Shown piece after piece: positions 15,001 through 27,350 of a stretch of 64,000 nt of DNA. The position numbers were made by a program, and so were the translations under genes. The DNA lies in the NCBI GenBank assembly GCA_040954595.2, contig CM082589.2, positions 9,622,894 to 9,686,893 of the forward strand, in the 5' to 3' direction. Each line of letters begins with the position of its first letter. The stretch's first letter is position 1. The notes beneath the pieces are model-generated. The model was not told the DNA's origin and ran no database searches. It saw nothing but the letters and a program-made list of their open reading frames with translations. This DNA comes from Balanoglossus misakiensis. Its lineage: Eukaryota; Animalia; Hemichordata.

Positions 15001-18000
15001 CTGTATTTGGAAGCAACCATGAACATTTTACAACTATCCGTCGATCTACAGAGTCTAGTGGAAAACGTTCTTATGCGCATAGGCCTATATATGTGTTCTG
15101 CGCATCACAACAGAATTCGGTAAACAAACGAGGTTGTTTGGAAGCAACCATGGAAATTTTACAACTATCCGTCGATCTACAGAGTCTAGTGGAAAAATGT
15201 CGTATGCGCATAGGCCTATCATGTGTTCTGCGCCTCAAAACAGAATTCCGTAAATAAACAAGGCTGTTTGCAAGCAAACATGGAAATTTTACAGCTATCC
15301 GTCCATCTACAGAGTCTAGTGGAAAACGTTCTTTTGCGCATAGGCCTATATATATGTTATGCGCATCACAACAGAAATCGGTAAATAAACGAGGCTGTAT
15401 TTGGAAGCAACCATGGACATTTTACAACTATCCGTCGATCTACAGAGTCCTGTGGAAAACTTTCTAATGCGCATAGGCCTATTACGTGTTCTGCGCCTCA
15501 CAACAGAATTCCGTAAATAAACGAGGCTGTTTGGAAGCAAACATGGAAATTTTACAGCTATCCGTCGATCTACAGAGTCTAGTGGAAAACGTTCTTTTGC
15601 GCATAGGCCTATATATGTGTTATGCGCATCACAACAGAAATCGGTAAATAAACGAGGCTGTATTTGGAAGCAACCGTGGACATTTTACATCTATCCGTCG
15701 ATCTACAGAGTCTTGTGGAAAACTTTCTAATGCGCATAGGTCTATTACGTGTTCTGCGCCTCACAACAGAATTCGGTAAATAAACGAGGCTGTTTGGAAG
15801 CAACCATGGAAATTTTAGAACTATCCGTCGATCTACAGAGTCTAGTGGAAAAATGTCTTATGCGCATAGGCCTATCATGTGTTCTGCGCCTCACAACAGA
15901 AATCGGTAAATAAACGAGGCAGTTTGGAAGCAACCATGGAAATTTTACAGCTATCCGTCGATCTACAGAGTCTAGTGGAAAACGTTCTTATGCGCATAGG
16001 CCTATATATGTGTTCTGCGCATCACAACAGAATTTTGTAAACAAACGAGGCTGTGTTTGGAAGCAACCATGGAAATTTTAGAACTATCTCTCGATCTACA
16101 GAGTCTATAGTGGAAAACTTTCTTATGCACATATGCCTATCTATGTGTTCTGCGCCTCAAAACAGAATTCCGTAAATAAACGAGGCTGTTTGGAAGCAAA
16201 CATGGAAATTTTAGAACTATCTCTCGATCTACAGAGTATAGTGGGAAACGTTCATATGCGCATAGGCCTATATATGTGTTCTGCGCATCACAACAGAATT
16301 TTGTAAACAAACGAGGCTTTGTTTGGAAGCAACCATGGACATTTTAGAACTATCCGTCGATCTACAGAGTCTAGTGGAAAAATTTCTTATGCGCATGGGC
16401 CTATCATGTGTTCTGCGCCTCACAACAGAAATCGGTAAATAAACGAGGCTGTTTGGAAGCAACCATGGAAATTTTAGAACTATCCGTCGACCTTCAGCGT
16501 CTAGTGGAAAACTTTTTTATGCGCATAGGCCTATCTATGTGTTCAGAGCCTCACAACAGAAATCGGTAAATAAACGAGGCTGTTTGGAAACAACCATGGA
16601 AATTTTAGAACTATCCGTCGATCTAAAAGGTCTAGTGGAAAACGTTCTTATGCGCATAGGCCTATCTATGTGTTCTGCGCATCACAACAGAATTTTGTAA
16701 ACAAACGAGGCTGTGTTTTGAGGCAACCATGTATATTTTAGAACTATCTCTCGATCTACAGAGTCTAGTGGAAAACTTTCTTATGCGCATAGGCCTAGCT
16801 ATGTGTTCTGCGCATTACAACAGAATTTTGTAAACAAACGAGGTTGTGTTTGGAATCAACCATGGAAATTTTAGAACTATCCGTCGATCTACAGTGAAAA
16901 AGTTTCTTATGCGCATAGGCCTATCATGTGTTCTGCGCATCACTGCAGAATTTTGTAAACAAACGAGGCTGTGTTTGGAAGCAACCATGGAAATTTTAGA
17001 ACTATCCGTCGATCTATAGAGTCTAGTGGAAAACGTTCTTATGCGCATAGGCCTATCTATGTGTTCTGCGCATTACAACAGAATTTGGAAATAAACGAGG
17101 CTGTGTTTGGAAGCAACCATGGAAATTTTAGAACTATCCGTCGATCTGCAGAGTCTAGTAAAAAACTTTCTTATGCGCATAGGCCTATCACGTGTTCTGC
17201 GCCTCACAACAGAAATCGGTAAATAAACGAGGCTGTTTGGATGCAACCATGGAAATTTTAGAACTATCCGTCGATCTACAGAGTCTAGTGGAAAAGTTTC
17301 TTATGCACATAGGCCTATCTATGTGATCTGCGCATCACAGCAGAATTCGGTAAATAAACAAGGCTGTTTGAAATCAACCATGGACATTTTAGAACTATCC
17401 GTCGATCTACAGAGTCTAGTGGAAAACTTTCTTATGCGCATAGGCCTAGCTATGTGTTCTGCGCATCACAAAAGAATTTTGTAAACAAACGAGGCTGTGT
17501 TTGGAAGCAACCATGGAAATTTTAGAACTATCTCTCGATCTACAGAGTCTATGGAAATTTTAGAACTATCCGTCGATCTACAGTGAAAAAGTTTCTTATG
17601 CGCATAGGCCTATCATGTGTTCTGCGCATCACTGCAGACTTTTGTAAACAAACGAGACTGTGTTTGGAAGCAACCTTGGAAATTTTAGAACTATCTCTCG
17701 ATCTACAGAGTCTAGTGGAAAACTTTCTAATGCGCATAGGCCTATCACGTGTTCTGCGCCTCACAACATAATTCGGTAAATAAACGAGGCTGTTTGGAAG
17801 CAAGTATGGATATTTTAGAACTATCCGTCGATCTACAGAGTCTAGTGGAAAAATTCTTATGCGCATAGGCCTATCATGTGTTCTGCGCATCACAACAGAA
17901 TTCATTAAATAAACGAGGCTGTTTGGAAGCAACCATGGACATTTTAGAACTATCCGTCGATCTACAGAGTCTAGTGGAAAAATTTCTTATGCGCATAGGC

Positions 18001-19197
18001 CTATCATGTGTTCTGCGCCTCACAACAGAAATCGGTAAATTAACGAGGCTGTTTGGAAGCAACCATGGCAATTTTAGAACTATCCGTCGATCTACAGAGT
18101 CTAGTGGAAAACTTTCTTATGCGCATAGGCCTATCACGTGTTCTGCGCCTAACAACAGAATTCGGTAAATAAACGAGGCTGTTTGGAAGCAACTATGGAA
18201 ATTTTAGAACTACCCGTCGATCTACAGAGTCTAGTGGAAAAATTTCTTATGCGCATAGTCCTATCATGTGTTCTGCGCATCACAACAGAATTCGGTAAAT
18301 AAACGAGGCTGTTTGGAAGCAACCATTGAAATTTTACAACTATCCGTCGATCTACAGAGTATAGTGGAAAACTTTCTTATGCGTATAGGCCTATCATGTG
18401 TTCAGCGCCTCACAACAGAAATCGGTAAATAAACGAGGCTGTTTAGAAGCACCCATGTAAATTTTAGAACTATCCATCGATCTACAGAGTCTAGTGGAAA
18501 ACGTTCTTTTGCGCATAGGCCTATCTATGTGTTCTGCGCATCACAAAATAATTTTGTAAACAAACGAGGCTGTTTGGAAGCAACCACGGAAATTTTTGAA
18601 CTATCTCTCGATCTACACAGTCTAGTGGAAAAATTTCTTATGAGCATGGGCCTATCATGTGTTCTGCGCCTCACAACAGAAATCGGTAAATAAACGAGGC
18701 TGTTTGGAAGCAACCATGGAAATTTTAGAACTATCCGTCGATCTTCAGCGTCTAGTGGAAAACTTTCTTATGCGCATAGGCCTATCTATGTGTTCAGCGC
18801 CTCACAACAGAAATCGGTAAATAAACGAGGCTGTTTGGAAACAACCATGGAAATTTTAGAACTATCCGTCGATCTAAAAGGTCTAGTGGAAAACGTTCTT
18901 ATGCGCATAGGCCTATCTATGTGTTCTGCGCATCACAACAGATTTTTGTAAACAAACGAGGCTGTGTTTTGAGGCAACCATGGATATTTTAGAACTATCT
19001 CTCGATCTACAGAGTCTAGTGGAAAACTTTCTTATGCACATAGGCCTATCTATGTGTTATGTGCCTCACAACAGAATTCGGTAAACAAACGAGGTTGTTT
19101 GGAAGCAACCATGGGCATTTTGGAACTATCCGTCGATCCACAGAGTCTAGTGGAAAACGTTTTTATGCGCATAGGCCTATCTATGTGTTCTGCGCAT
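1..19197. repeat. Satellite DNA array, 130-134 bp monomer, ~146 copies, with higher-order structure
   Basis: Monomer GAGGCTGTTTGGAAGCAACCATGG...TATGCGCATAGGCCTAT...CACAACAGAA...TAAATAAAC restarts at 1, 132, 265, 395 and so on. It continues to an abrupt end at ...TTCTGCGCAT 19197. All ORFs here are translations of the repeat. Confidence 0.98.
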
Positions 19198-20819
19198 TTT
19201 ACTTTTGCCACTCCACTCAAAGTAAGCATCGGTGTGGTGGTGTGGCAAGTAGTCTGCCCTTGTACACTAGACAAACCAGGCAATAAATGAAATGTAGCGA
19301 AGAATGGAGGGGTGGGTGTGGGATGGGGTGTCCCCCTCCCATATTAGAAAATCTTGTAAAATTAAGGGCGCGAAACTGCAATTTTGTGGACTCAAAGCAA
19401 AAGTTTTGCGGCAAAAGTATGTGACCCCCTAAACGTTTAAAAAAAAAAGATTACCCCCACTTTCGGACTTCAAAATTTAAGTGACCCCCCCCCCCTGGAT
19501 TTTGCCGCCCCACCCGGCCGTAAAAACTGAATGGTCCCTTACCCATATACGCGACTTCCATTAATAAATTTGAAGAATAAGAGATCCTCTCCGTAAATAG
19601 GCCTTATTGGGGGTCAAAACTACCGAAAGAAGACCCTGCCCCAACTCCCCTTTAAACCAACTAATTCACACCGGGTTAGTTTTGTTTCTTTCATATTTGA
19701 ATGAGAATTAAAATGCCGCAGGAAATTCTGCTGGCGTCCTTAGGATACGAGATCGGGAACTTTCAAAAGTTCCGCAGAATATACCCCAAGAGGGCGCTGT
19801 TGCTGACCTTCGACCCGTTTCCTTTGACCAGTTCTGTGTCTTCGTTGTAAACACATGTGTGACACGCAGGCTAGAGAATCTGCCAGTTTTTTCTGTCGTC
19901 AACTCCAATGTCGCCTTTTCTATGGACGTTAGTTGGCCAGTGTTTGTTACACATCCAGGACGGTGTCATATTTCTCTGAAAGAATAGCGGAAAACATGCA
20001 AAGCCAAGGAGCGAGCAAGTACCAGCTGTTTTCTGCAAGTCATGGGTTCAGGCCCCCCACACTGTCCACCATCATTATTCCTATATACAGATTTGGCGGA
20101 GTGAGTATTGAAACATTACAGTATTTAGTGTGTTTTAAGATATCACTGATAGTTTTCACGACTTAATGTGTGGGTAGAATCACATTCATCGCGATAACGT
20201 TACTGTAGTCCCCTGATTCAGTCCGTAAACAAGGTAAGCTTGAGACATGGACGATCGACAATCAGTTTCCGCTGTTGATTTCGCCCTATCGCAACTTAGT
20301 AACTGGGGCCGAGTGATGCTCCATTATTTAAAGTTCATGACTATTGACACCAATTGCAAAATATCAATGTTAAGGCGTGCTTTCAGAGAATATTCAACCA
20401 GAAAACCGACAACAATTGATGACCTCATGTGACCTTTACTGGTTGAATCAGGCGACCACTGCAGTGTGATTCCAACGTTTGTGGGAAGACCACAGGGAGC
20501 TCTTCCTCCTGCTTTGCAGTGTGTGTGTGTGTTTGTTTAATATAAAAATGTGTGACAAAAATATGTATGTTTACAAATATTGTCAAGATTGTTTGTTTGT
20601 TGAGAGGTTAAGGGGAGTAACCCTTTCTGTTCAATATACCCACAAAGGTGAACAAATTTGTAAACAAACATATTTTTCACAGAGTAGTTTTATTATATCC
20701 GCATTGCATCCAGCATGATCGCAGAAAACATCACCAATAAACCAAAATTGGAGTTGATGGCTTGGCTTTATTTGGGACTATCATTGTTTGGTTATAGTCC
20801 ATGGGCCAGAGACCGACAT

Positions 20820-22422
20820 GTAGTCATGCAGAATTAATTTTATGTGTTCTAAATAATTATTTTAGCTTATCTTTGTTGGAAATAATTTTGCCAACATCTC
20901 GAATTATTTTTACGTGTAGACTCGAATTAATTTCAGGTGTAGTGTCGAATTAATATCACGTGTTTTGTCGAATTAATTTCACGTGTTGTGTCGAATTAAT
21001 TTTACATTGTGTCAAATTAATATTGCCCCCACAATCCTTTGCGCTTAAATCAAGATGGCGGCGGCTGAGCATGTCTTTCTCGCCGCATAAAGTTCGAAAA
21101 AGGGGCCGTTGTACAAGTTGTGAGACGTTTTGGGGGGAATTCAATGTTTTTAATTATTTTTTGTAGTCATGCAGAATTAATTTTATGTGTTCTAAATAAT
21201 TATTTTAGCTTATCTTTGTTAGAAATAATTTTGCCAACATATCGAATTCTTTTTACGTGTAGACTTGAATTAATTACAGGTGTAGTGTCGAATTAATATC
21301 ATCTTTTACAAGATAGATAGGTGATGTGTTTTGCTCTGTGAAAGAAAATGGAGGGGGAGGGTGTTTAAAATTTTGGCAGTTCGGAAGGGGGATTTGTAAA
21401 TATTTCGGGTTGTGTCGGGGGGAGGGGGGGGGGCATGTGAAAATTAGCGGTAAAATTTTTTAATTCTCTCGCCCACCCCCCCCCCCCCACCCTCCAATGG
21501 TGTTTGTGAATGCAGCCTACAGAGGAGGTGGAGACTTCGGGGTCTGCCCCTTTACTATCTATGCCCCACACCCTATCTTATCAGTTGTAAATCTAGAATG
21601 CAAGCTATCATTAAATATGGTTATGTAGAGAGAGACTTTGTCTTTTTAATTTAAATTTATTTAAACAAAACTTGAGTTTACAAGGAAATTTTAAGGAATA
21701 TTTTATTCGCCGTTTCCTGGGATCTGGGCCCTACAGCTATTTCTTAGTTCTGAAAATAACAAATTAACACAATTTTTGTATGTTCAGATGTCAAAATTTA
21801 TTCAATCAAGGCGAATTGGCAACGCGGGGCAACAGCTTGCTCTGTGTACAGGTCTGTGTGTTCCCGCCATGACACGGCCTCCACGCCAAGAACACTGTAC
21901 GCAGAGCTGGGCTATACCATAGCAAGGCTGGCGATTACACCAACTGGTAGTGGTTTTGAGTGGTTTGACTAGAAAATTCTGTCTGTAGACCAAAACTCGT
22001 GGACCGATCGCCGTTTTCGAGCACACTGCATTTATATTGGACAGCAAATCGCCCCAAAACGTTTCACAACTTGTACAACGGCCCCTTTTTTAACTTTATG
22101 CGGCGAGAAAGACATGCTCAGCCGCCGCCATCTTGATTTACGCGCAAAGGATTGTAAGGGCAATATTATTTGACAACGTGAAATTAATTCGACACAACAC
22201 GTGAAATTAATTCGAGTCTACACATAAAAATAATTCGAGATGTTGGCAGAATTATTTCTAACAAAGATAAGCTAAAATAATTATTTAGAACACATAAAAT
22301 TAATTCTGCATGACTACAAAAAAATAATTAAAGCACATAAAAAATAATTCTATATACTGGTAAAATTAATTCTAACATGTTTTATTAATAAACTACAATT
22401 TTGACCAGAACGGGCCCTCATA
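20820..22422. mobile_element. Foldback-like inverted-repeat element with AATTAATT-rich ~22-bp subrepeats, rearranged
   Basis: 20820-21140 is approximately the reverse complement of 22048-22317. A second direct partial copy of the arm lies at 21141-21300. The right arm continues to ...GGGCCCTCATA ~22422. Confidence 0.7.
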
Positions 22423-23533
22423 GATACCGGTAGTACATGTAACTTTGGGTGTTTTTCTCAATGTTTATAATGTGTTTTGATTGCCTGTTCTACTTGTTTC
22501 TGAACATAGTTAAAGCTTCATTAGCTGTAACTTTTCACTTTGTTTTCAGTATTTTTGTTTTAAGTATTTACTGCAGTGTCTTCTTCAGATCCCTGAATCA
22601 TGATGAAATATAGGTGTGTCTGTTCAGTATTGTTATTGTGAATTTGAATTCAAGTCTGGACTAGAATTCATTTCAATAGCCGTTACACACATACAGGTTA
22701 TGCTGACAAGTGGAGTTCTGTGTAGAGCATGTGTAACAGTTAATGTCCCTTTAAATATCACATACATACATCTGTCTAGTTTTGTACATGCAACTCACAC
22801 GTATGTTATATTTATTGATTGACTGTCAAATATCATCCTGTTGTTTGATTAAATGTAAATGTTGTATGTTGTAGAATAGAAAGCACAATTCTTCTAGTTC
22901 CATAGATATCAGTGCTCATTTTAAAGCTGAAAGTGACATTTTCAACACTAAATGCAAGGAAATGTAACTAAATATTTTAATTTTGCAGTCAAAATGCAAC
23001 ACAGTCAGCTCCGAACTGCATTTAAAATCCAAACACATGGTGTTATATTCTTGGTAATAAGCAAAGATCTGTATCCTATCCACAAAGTATATATCATACA
23101 CACAGTATTATCTTAATAACTATAATACAGCTATGAAATTGCTAGAAACATTGTAATATTTGGATGAATTTAAAGAAAAATAATTATATTTATATTAACA
23201 GTATGTAAAAGTTACGAAGATTTAGCGTTGAATGATGTTGTGATGTCTGTAAGAGCTGTTCCAATACAAGGTGAACGAATTTCAAAACCTTTTGTTCAAT
23301 CAACCTTTCTACTGACCTGTGATTCCAAAAGTTATTGAAATATCATTACACATTTACCTGTATATAGTGCAGACTATAAATAGAGCACACTCTGGAAAGG
23401 AGTTATGTAATTAATATCTCTATCATGTGAGTGACATCATTTTAAGGGCCACTGACCACCCCACCTGTGACAATTTGCTAGGGGGTGCGAACATCTCAAC
23501 AGGAGGTGAATCCCTCCATGCCATGTCTGGGTA

Positions 23534-23534
<1 letters not shown>

Positions 23535-23568
<34 letters not shown>

Positions 23569-23630
23569 CTTTCATTCATTCATTCAGTGAGTCAGTCAGT
23601 TAGTCAGTCAGTCAGTCCGTCAGTCAGTCA
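23535..23630. repeat. Compound microsatellite (GATT)n(CATT)n(CAGT)n
   Basis: Directly visible tetranucleotide runs. Confidence 0.9.
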
Positions 23631-23952
23631 TATTAATTAATTCATTAAGGCATATAAACGATATAGCTAGCCTATTGTGATAGGAATGGGCTAACACCCT
23701 TGTCATATAAACTTTGGCGAAGCGATCCCAAGCTCAGCTAAGGTAGATGGGAGGGACCTGAATCACATGTGCCCATCATAATGAAAGCTGCCAACCCTCT
23801 TAGAATGATACTACGGCCTATACGTTGATCACCTGATCGCATCGCCCTGTCACACTTGGCTATGGGCTACTGTTCATGTATGATAAAGGGGTTATTACAC
23901 TAAGTTTGGTCGATAACGTGACGCATCCTCGTGATGTCCATAATATGGACAT

Positions 23953-24233
23953 CCCTTACGAAAAAAGGGCCTGCTGCAAACTCCTCCCGCAAATCTGCAG
24001 CAGGATTCTGCGAACTCACTGCAAACTGCTGCTGCAAAGTGGCAAACAGTCCTGATTTTACCATGCAAATTAGGGGACTTGCAAATTTGTTGCAAACTTC
24101 CAGCAACAAGATTTTGAATACTGCAGTGAGTTCACAGGAATTTGAATACTGCAGTGAGTTCACAGCAATCAAGATTGCCACCTTGAAAATTTGAACATTG
24201 CAGTGAGTTTGCAGCAAGACAATTAACTAGGGG
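23953..24233. mobile_element. Small nested MITE-like element with imperfect CCC...TGCTGCAAACTC ends
   Basis: Imperfect inverted ends sharing TGCTGCAAACTC. Internal direct repeat TTTGAATACTGCAGTGAGTTCACAG x2. Confidence 0.35.
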
Positions 24234-24359
24234 TACCATTGAACCACCCACCCCCACCCCCCATAAAACCTCAGAGACAAGCAAACTATAATTAACAGTT
24301 TTTATTTTTAAAAAAATCTATTTTAATCACAGGGTTAAGAAATCTAAAAAATCAACATG

Positions 24360-24595
24360 GTAAAACTACACACTACAAAAATTGGTTTTCAAAAAATAAA
24401 AAAGCTACACTACAAATATAAACACCACAACTTGCTCCTCTGCAAAAAATGTTTTTCCAATATAAAAAACTACACTACAAACAACTTGCTACTCTAATTT
24501 TTTTTCAATATAAAAAAAACTACACTACAAACTTGCTACTCTACAATTTTTTTCCAATATAAAAAACTACACTACAAACTTCCTACTCTACTACA
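24360..24595. repeat. Degenerate ~45-bp tandem repeat (AAAAACTACACTACAAA-CTTGCTACTCT)
   Basis: About five copies of CTACACTACAAA visible. Confidence 0.7.
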
Positions 24596-25331
24596 CTCTG
24601 TTTTTATTTAAGACAGCCCGTTTGCATGTGGCGCATTTCGCGTTGAATGCATGGATCAGCTCTTTTGTTGACATCTTCAGTTTGTTGACACCAAATACTG
24701 AAAAAGAGAAGAATAAACACATATCAGTTACACCATGCAGTAATAAGGAGAAGATTGCCAAGCATAATTGTTACATATACAGTTGCCCAATACGAGTAAT
24801 TTCCACCAACCGGAAGTCACACAATTCAACTAAAATTCAGGAAAAAAACTTAATATCATTCAGGTACAAAAACTGTTGACCTAACTGATAAATTTCATCG
24901 AGTGTATTTGTAGTAGATGGTCAGAACAAATAAAATGAAATGTATAAGGATGAGATGCACCTTTATAATGATATTTATTTTGAATCCAGTGAATATGGGA
25001 TAGCCAATCAAAGAATTTCACTCCAGGGACATGCAAAAAATGTCATTATCATAGAATACAATCATTTCGACATTTTAAAGAAACCTTTTACTTACAAGTC
25101 AGTGCCGTTACAACATGCTGGTAGGGTGTTCCAATAAATGCGCTGGTATTCTTCCCGCTCAGTTGTTCGGGTTTTAAACAACCCATCCATCAGCTTTTTT
25201 ATGACGTAAGATGGCGGCTTGTTCTTGCATCTACCTAAAGTTATGCTCAACCAGGCAGATGGAATCGCTACGTTGGAGTTGGAAAGCCGTTCATATTGCA
25301 GTGGCAGAGGCTCGCCCTCGTCTAGAATCAC
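24591..25331 (-). pseudogene. Spliced BEN-domain protein gene relic (exons 25331-25096 and 24697-24591)
   Basis: Canonical cag acceptors and a gtaagt donor. After correcting one extra A the translation is ...SYVIKKLMDGLFKPEQLSGKNTSAFIGTPYQHVVTALT|LFGVNKLKMSTKELIHAFNAKCATCKR...*. This fits the BEN pattern (LMxxLFxxExL ... AxNxKCxxxR). A further possible exon lies at ~25788-25670. Confidence 0.6.
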
Positions 25332-26326
25332 CTGATTGAAATTAAAAAGAGTACCAATAATTATTACATTGGTGTGAAAGTCATTTAGTACTCACAAAAT
25401 TCAATCCCCACTTACTTACAAAGAGAAGGCTAAATGATTGCATTCAGAATAAACATGACCTATGTCAACAAATTCATTGAGAAAAAAAAATGTTTCCCTG
25501 TTAAAAGCAACAAATTTACATAATTAAACTGTGTATTAAAATGCAAGCATGGGATAACATGAGGTACTAAAGAGAAGGGGTGTATTATGCATGTATATAC
25601 TGACGTGGACTGGGGGGGGATGCAGAAGTGTGAGCGATGGCGTGCTTACATGAAGAACTGACACTTACATAGTTTGCCCTGGGAATGATTTACCCTCGTT
25701 TGGGCGTGTAATGACTATCCTCAGAGAAGCCTTTTGATGCACAGGTGTGTACACAGCACTGGCGTGTTTTCTCAGCTTCTGCAAAATAATAGTAACAAAT
25801 TGAGTCGCACAAATGCACCCACTATTTCTTGCTATTTCATATTTCATTCAAATGTCTGCAACAACATATACTGTGCACATAACAGCCCCCCCCCCCCCCC
25901 ATGCACTGTTCCAATTACAAGACCTACCCCAATTCTTACTGGCACCATGGACTTATACCACTTATACAATGATGCAACAGGCTTATCTTTTTATAGACAC
26001 CTGACATTAGAAAGACCTTGTATGTATACCACTCTATTCTGACAAAAATGCAAGTTAATCAACATCACATATAAAATAATATAATATGAATAGAATAAAA
26101 CCGATTCACAAAATATCAAATAGCTACTTGTTAGGCATTTGATTTTAAGTTGGATGGTGTTTGTGTATTGCAGAGGGATGTTTGTGTGCAGTAATCACGC
26201 TGTACATACCATGCAAGTTTGGCATACTATCACTCAAATATGACGCGTTATCGACCAAACTTAGTGTAATAACCCTTAAGTAACACCCTCTTATTTTAAA
26301 GAAAACTCATTATTGAAGCCCATTAA

Positions 26327-26411
26327 CCCTTTCACAACCAAGGTTCAGTCTAAACCCATTGTTATCTATGAAAAGGTTCGACCTGTATAGAAGGAACTGG
26401 GGGTGAAAGGG
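26327..26411. mobile_element. 85-bp piggyBac-like MITE; related partial copies at ~50792-50868 and ~55977-56050 (inverted)
   Basis: TTAA|CCCTTTCAC...GTGAAAGGG|TTAA. Confidence 0.75.
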
Positions 26412-26575
26412 TTAAAGGGACAAAGTCTCAGTTTTGTCCTTTGACTCACTGGCTTTTATTAGAGGTTCCTACCTTTAAATGTTTCATAAAATGTTTAATC
26501 AAATCTGTCTACAATCAGAGTAGACATTGTTTACATACACCTTTTGTTAAATAATTGTACTGTGTTGTATTTCAG

Positions 26576-26674
26576 ATTTTTGTCAGGAGCAGGTGAGAAA
26601 TACGGTATGATTTCTGAAGGTCTGAGTACTGCATTGCAGTTATTTGACGATATGAAGACTTTGCGATTTTCAAG
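26576..26674 (+). pseudogene. MED25: MED25 VWA-domain exon (99 nt, phase 2-2)
   Basis: ttcag|...|gtaatt. Translates FLSGAGEKYGMISEGLSTALQLFDDMKTLRFS, matching the MED25 motif I recall as FxGGGGExxSLIAEGLSTALQLFDD. Confidence 0.85.
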
Positions 26675-26820
26675 GTAATTATGGTAAAATTGTGAGGTTA
26701 AAAACCATTCTCTAATTATGGGCCCCACTTTTTGAGGTGGTTTATCTGTTTATGTAAAGCTCACCATGTCAACCAGGAAATGATTCGATACCGACAGTGG
26801 AGTACAACTGATGTGCGAAG

Positions 26821-27350
26821 TACATTGAAACCTGCCAAGTAAGGGCACCTCTGGGATCACACAACATGTCCTTTAAGGGATACAGGCTCTCTCTCTCGCT
26901 CGCTGCCCCTTATTCCATTAATTATATTTGATACAAGACACCATTTATGTTTTTTCTACATGTGGATATATGGTGAATCAATATTCAACCACACACAAAG
27001 TCCATCCTGCTTGTGGACATGAGAGTGAAAAAAATCGCCAAAATGAATAATCAGTCTCTACCATTTATTCGTTTTGGGTGAGTTTTTACTCCCATATCAT
27101 ACACGCGGGATGGAAGTTGTGTATGGTTGAATGTTCATTCACTACATATACACATGTACATTAACATAAACAGTGTCTTGTATCAAACATTATTAATGGA
27201 AAAAAGGGCAGCGAGAGAGAGACTTTGTCCCTTTAAAAGAGAGGTGTCCTTAAAAGAAATGTGCATGTAATATTCTATTCAAGCCATTACTTTTGTCTTG
27301 AACAATCTGTCCTGATTAGAGAGATGTCTGTATTGACAGGTTTCACTGTA
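26821..27350. mobile_element. Tc1/mariner-like MITE with a nested palindromic TTAA-flanked MITE (~26873-27236)
   Basis: TA-CATTGAAACCTG...CAGGTTTCACTG-TA ends. The inner element has long imperfect inverted arms (CTCTCTCTCGC...TTCCATTAAT...TTTGATACAAGACAC) and TTAA on both sides. Confidence 0.65.

Larger units (their letters stand above)
23887..26276. mobile_element. Non-autonomous TIR DNA transposon, PIF/Harbinger-like, carrying a BEN-domain gene relic
   Basis: 30-bp TIR GGGTTATTACACTAAGTTTGGTCGATAACG at 23889 and inverted ending at 26275. TAA flanks both ends (23884-86, 26277-79), consistent with a TWA TSD. No transposase seen. Confidence 0.65.

Noticed and set aside
1-19197. CRISPR array or repeated small-protein genes
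   Set aside because: There are no unique spacers: the whole 131-bp unit repeats. The ORFs occur on both strands, are frame-dependent translations of the satellite and are broken by indels.
19560-20200. MED25 first exon or promoter next to the satellite
   Set aside because: CpG-richer, but no DVVFVIEGTA-like N-terminal MED25 motif in the frames I read.
20755-20820. Signal-peptide-like MAWLYLGLSLFGYSPWA as first exon of the EGF gene
   Set aside because: Short and weakly hydrophobic, cut by a repeat, with no clear donor site.
23202-23270. Possible 69-nt phase 1-1 exon (CKSYEDLALNDVVMSVRAVPIQ)
   Set aside because: Splice signals are plausible, but I recognise no homology and cannot link it to the other exons.
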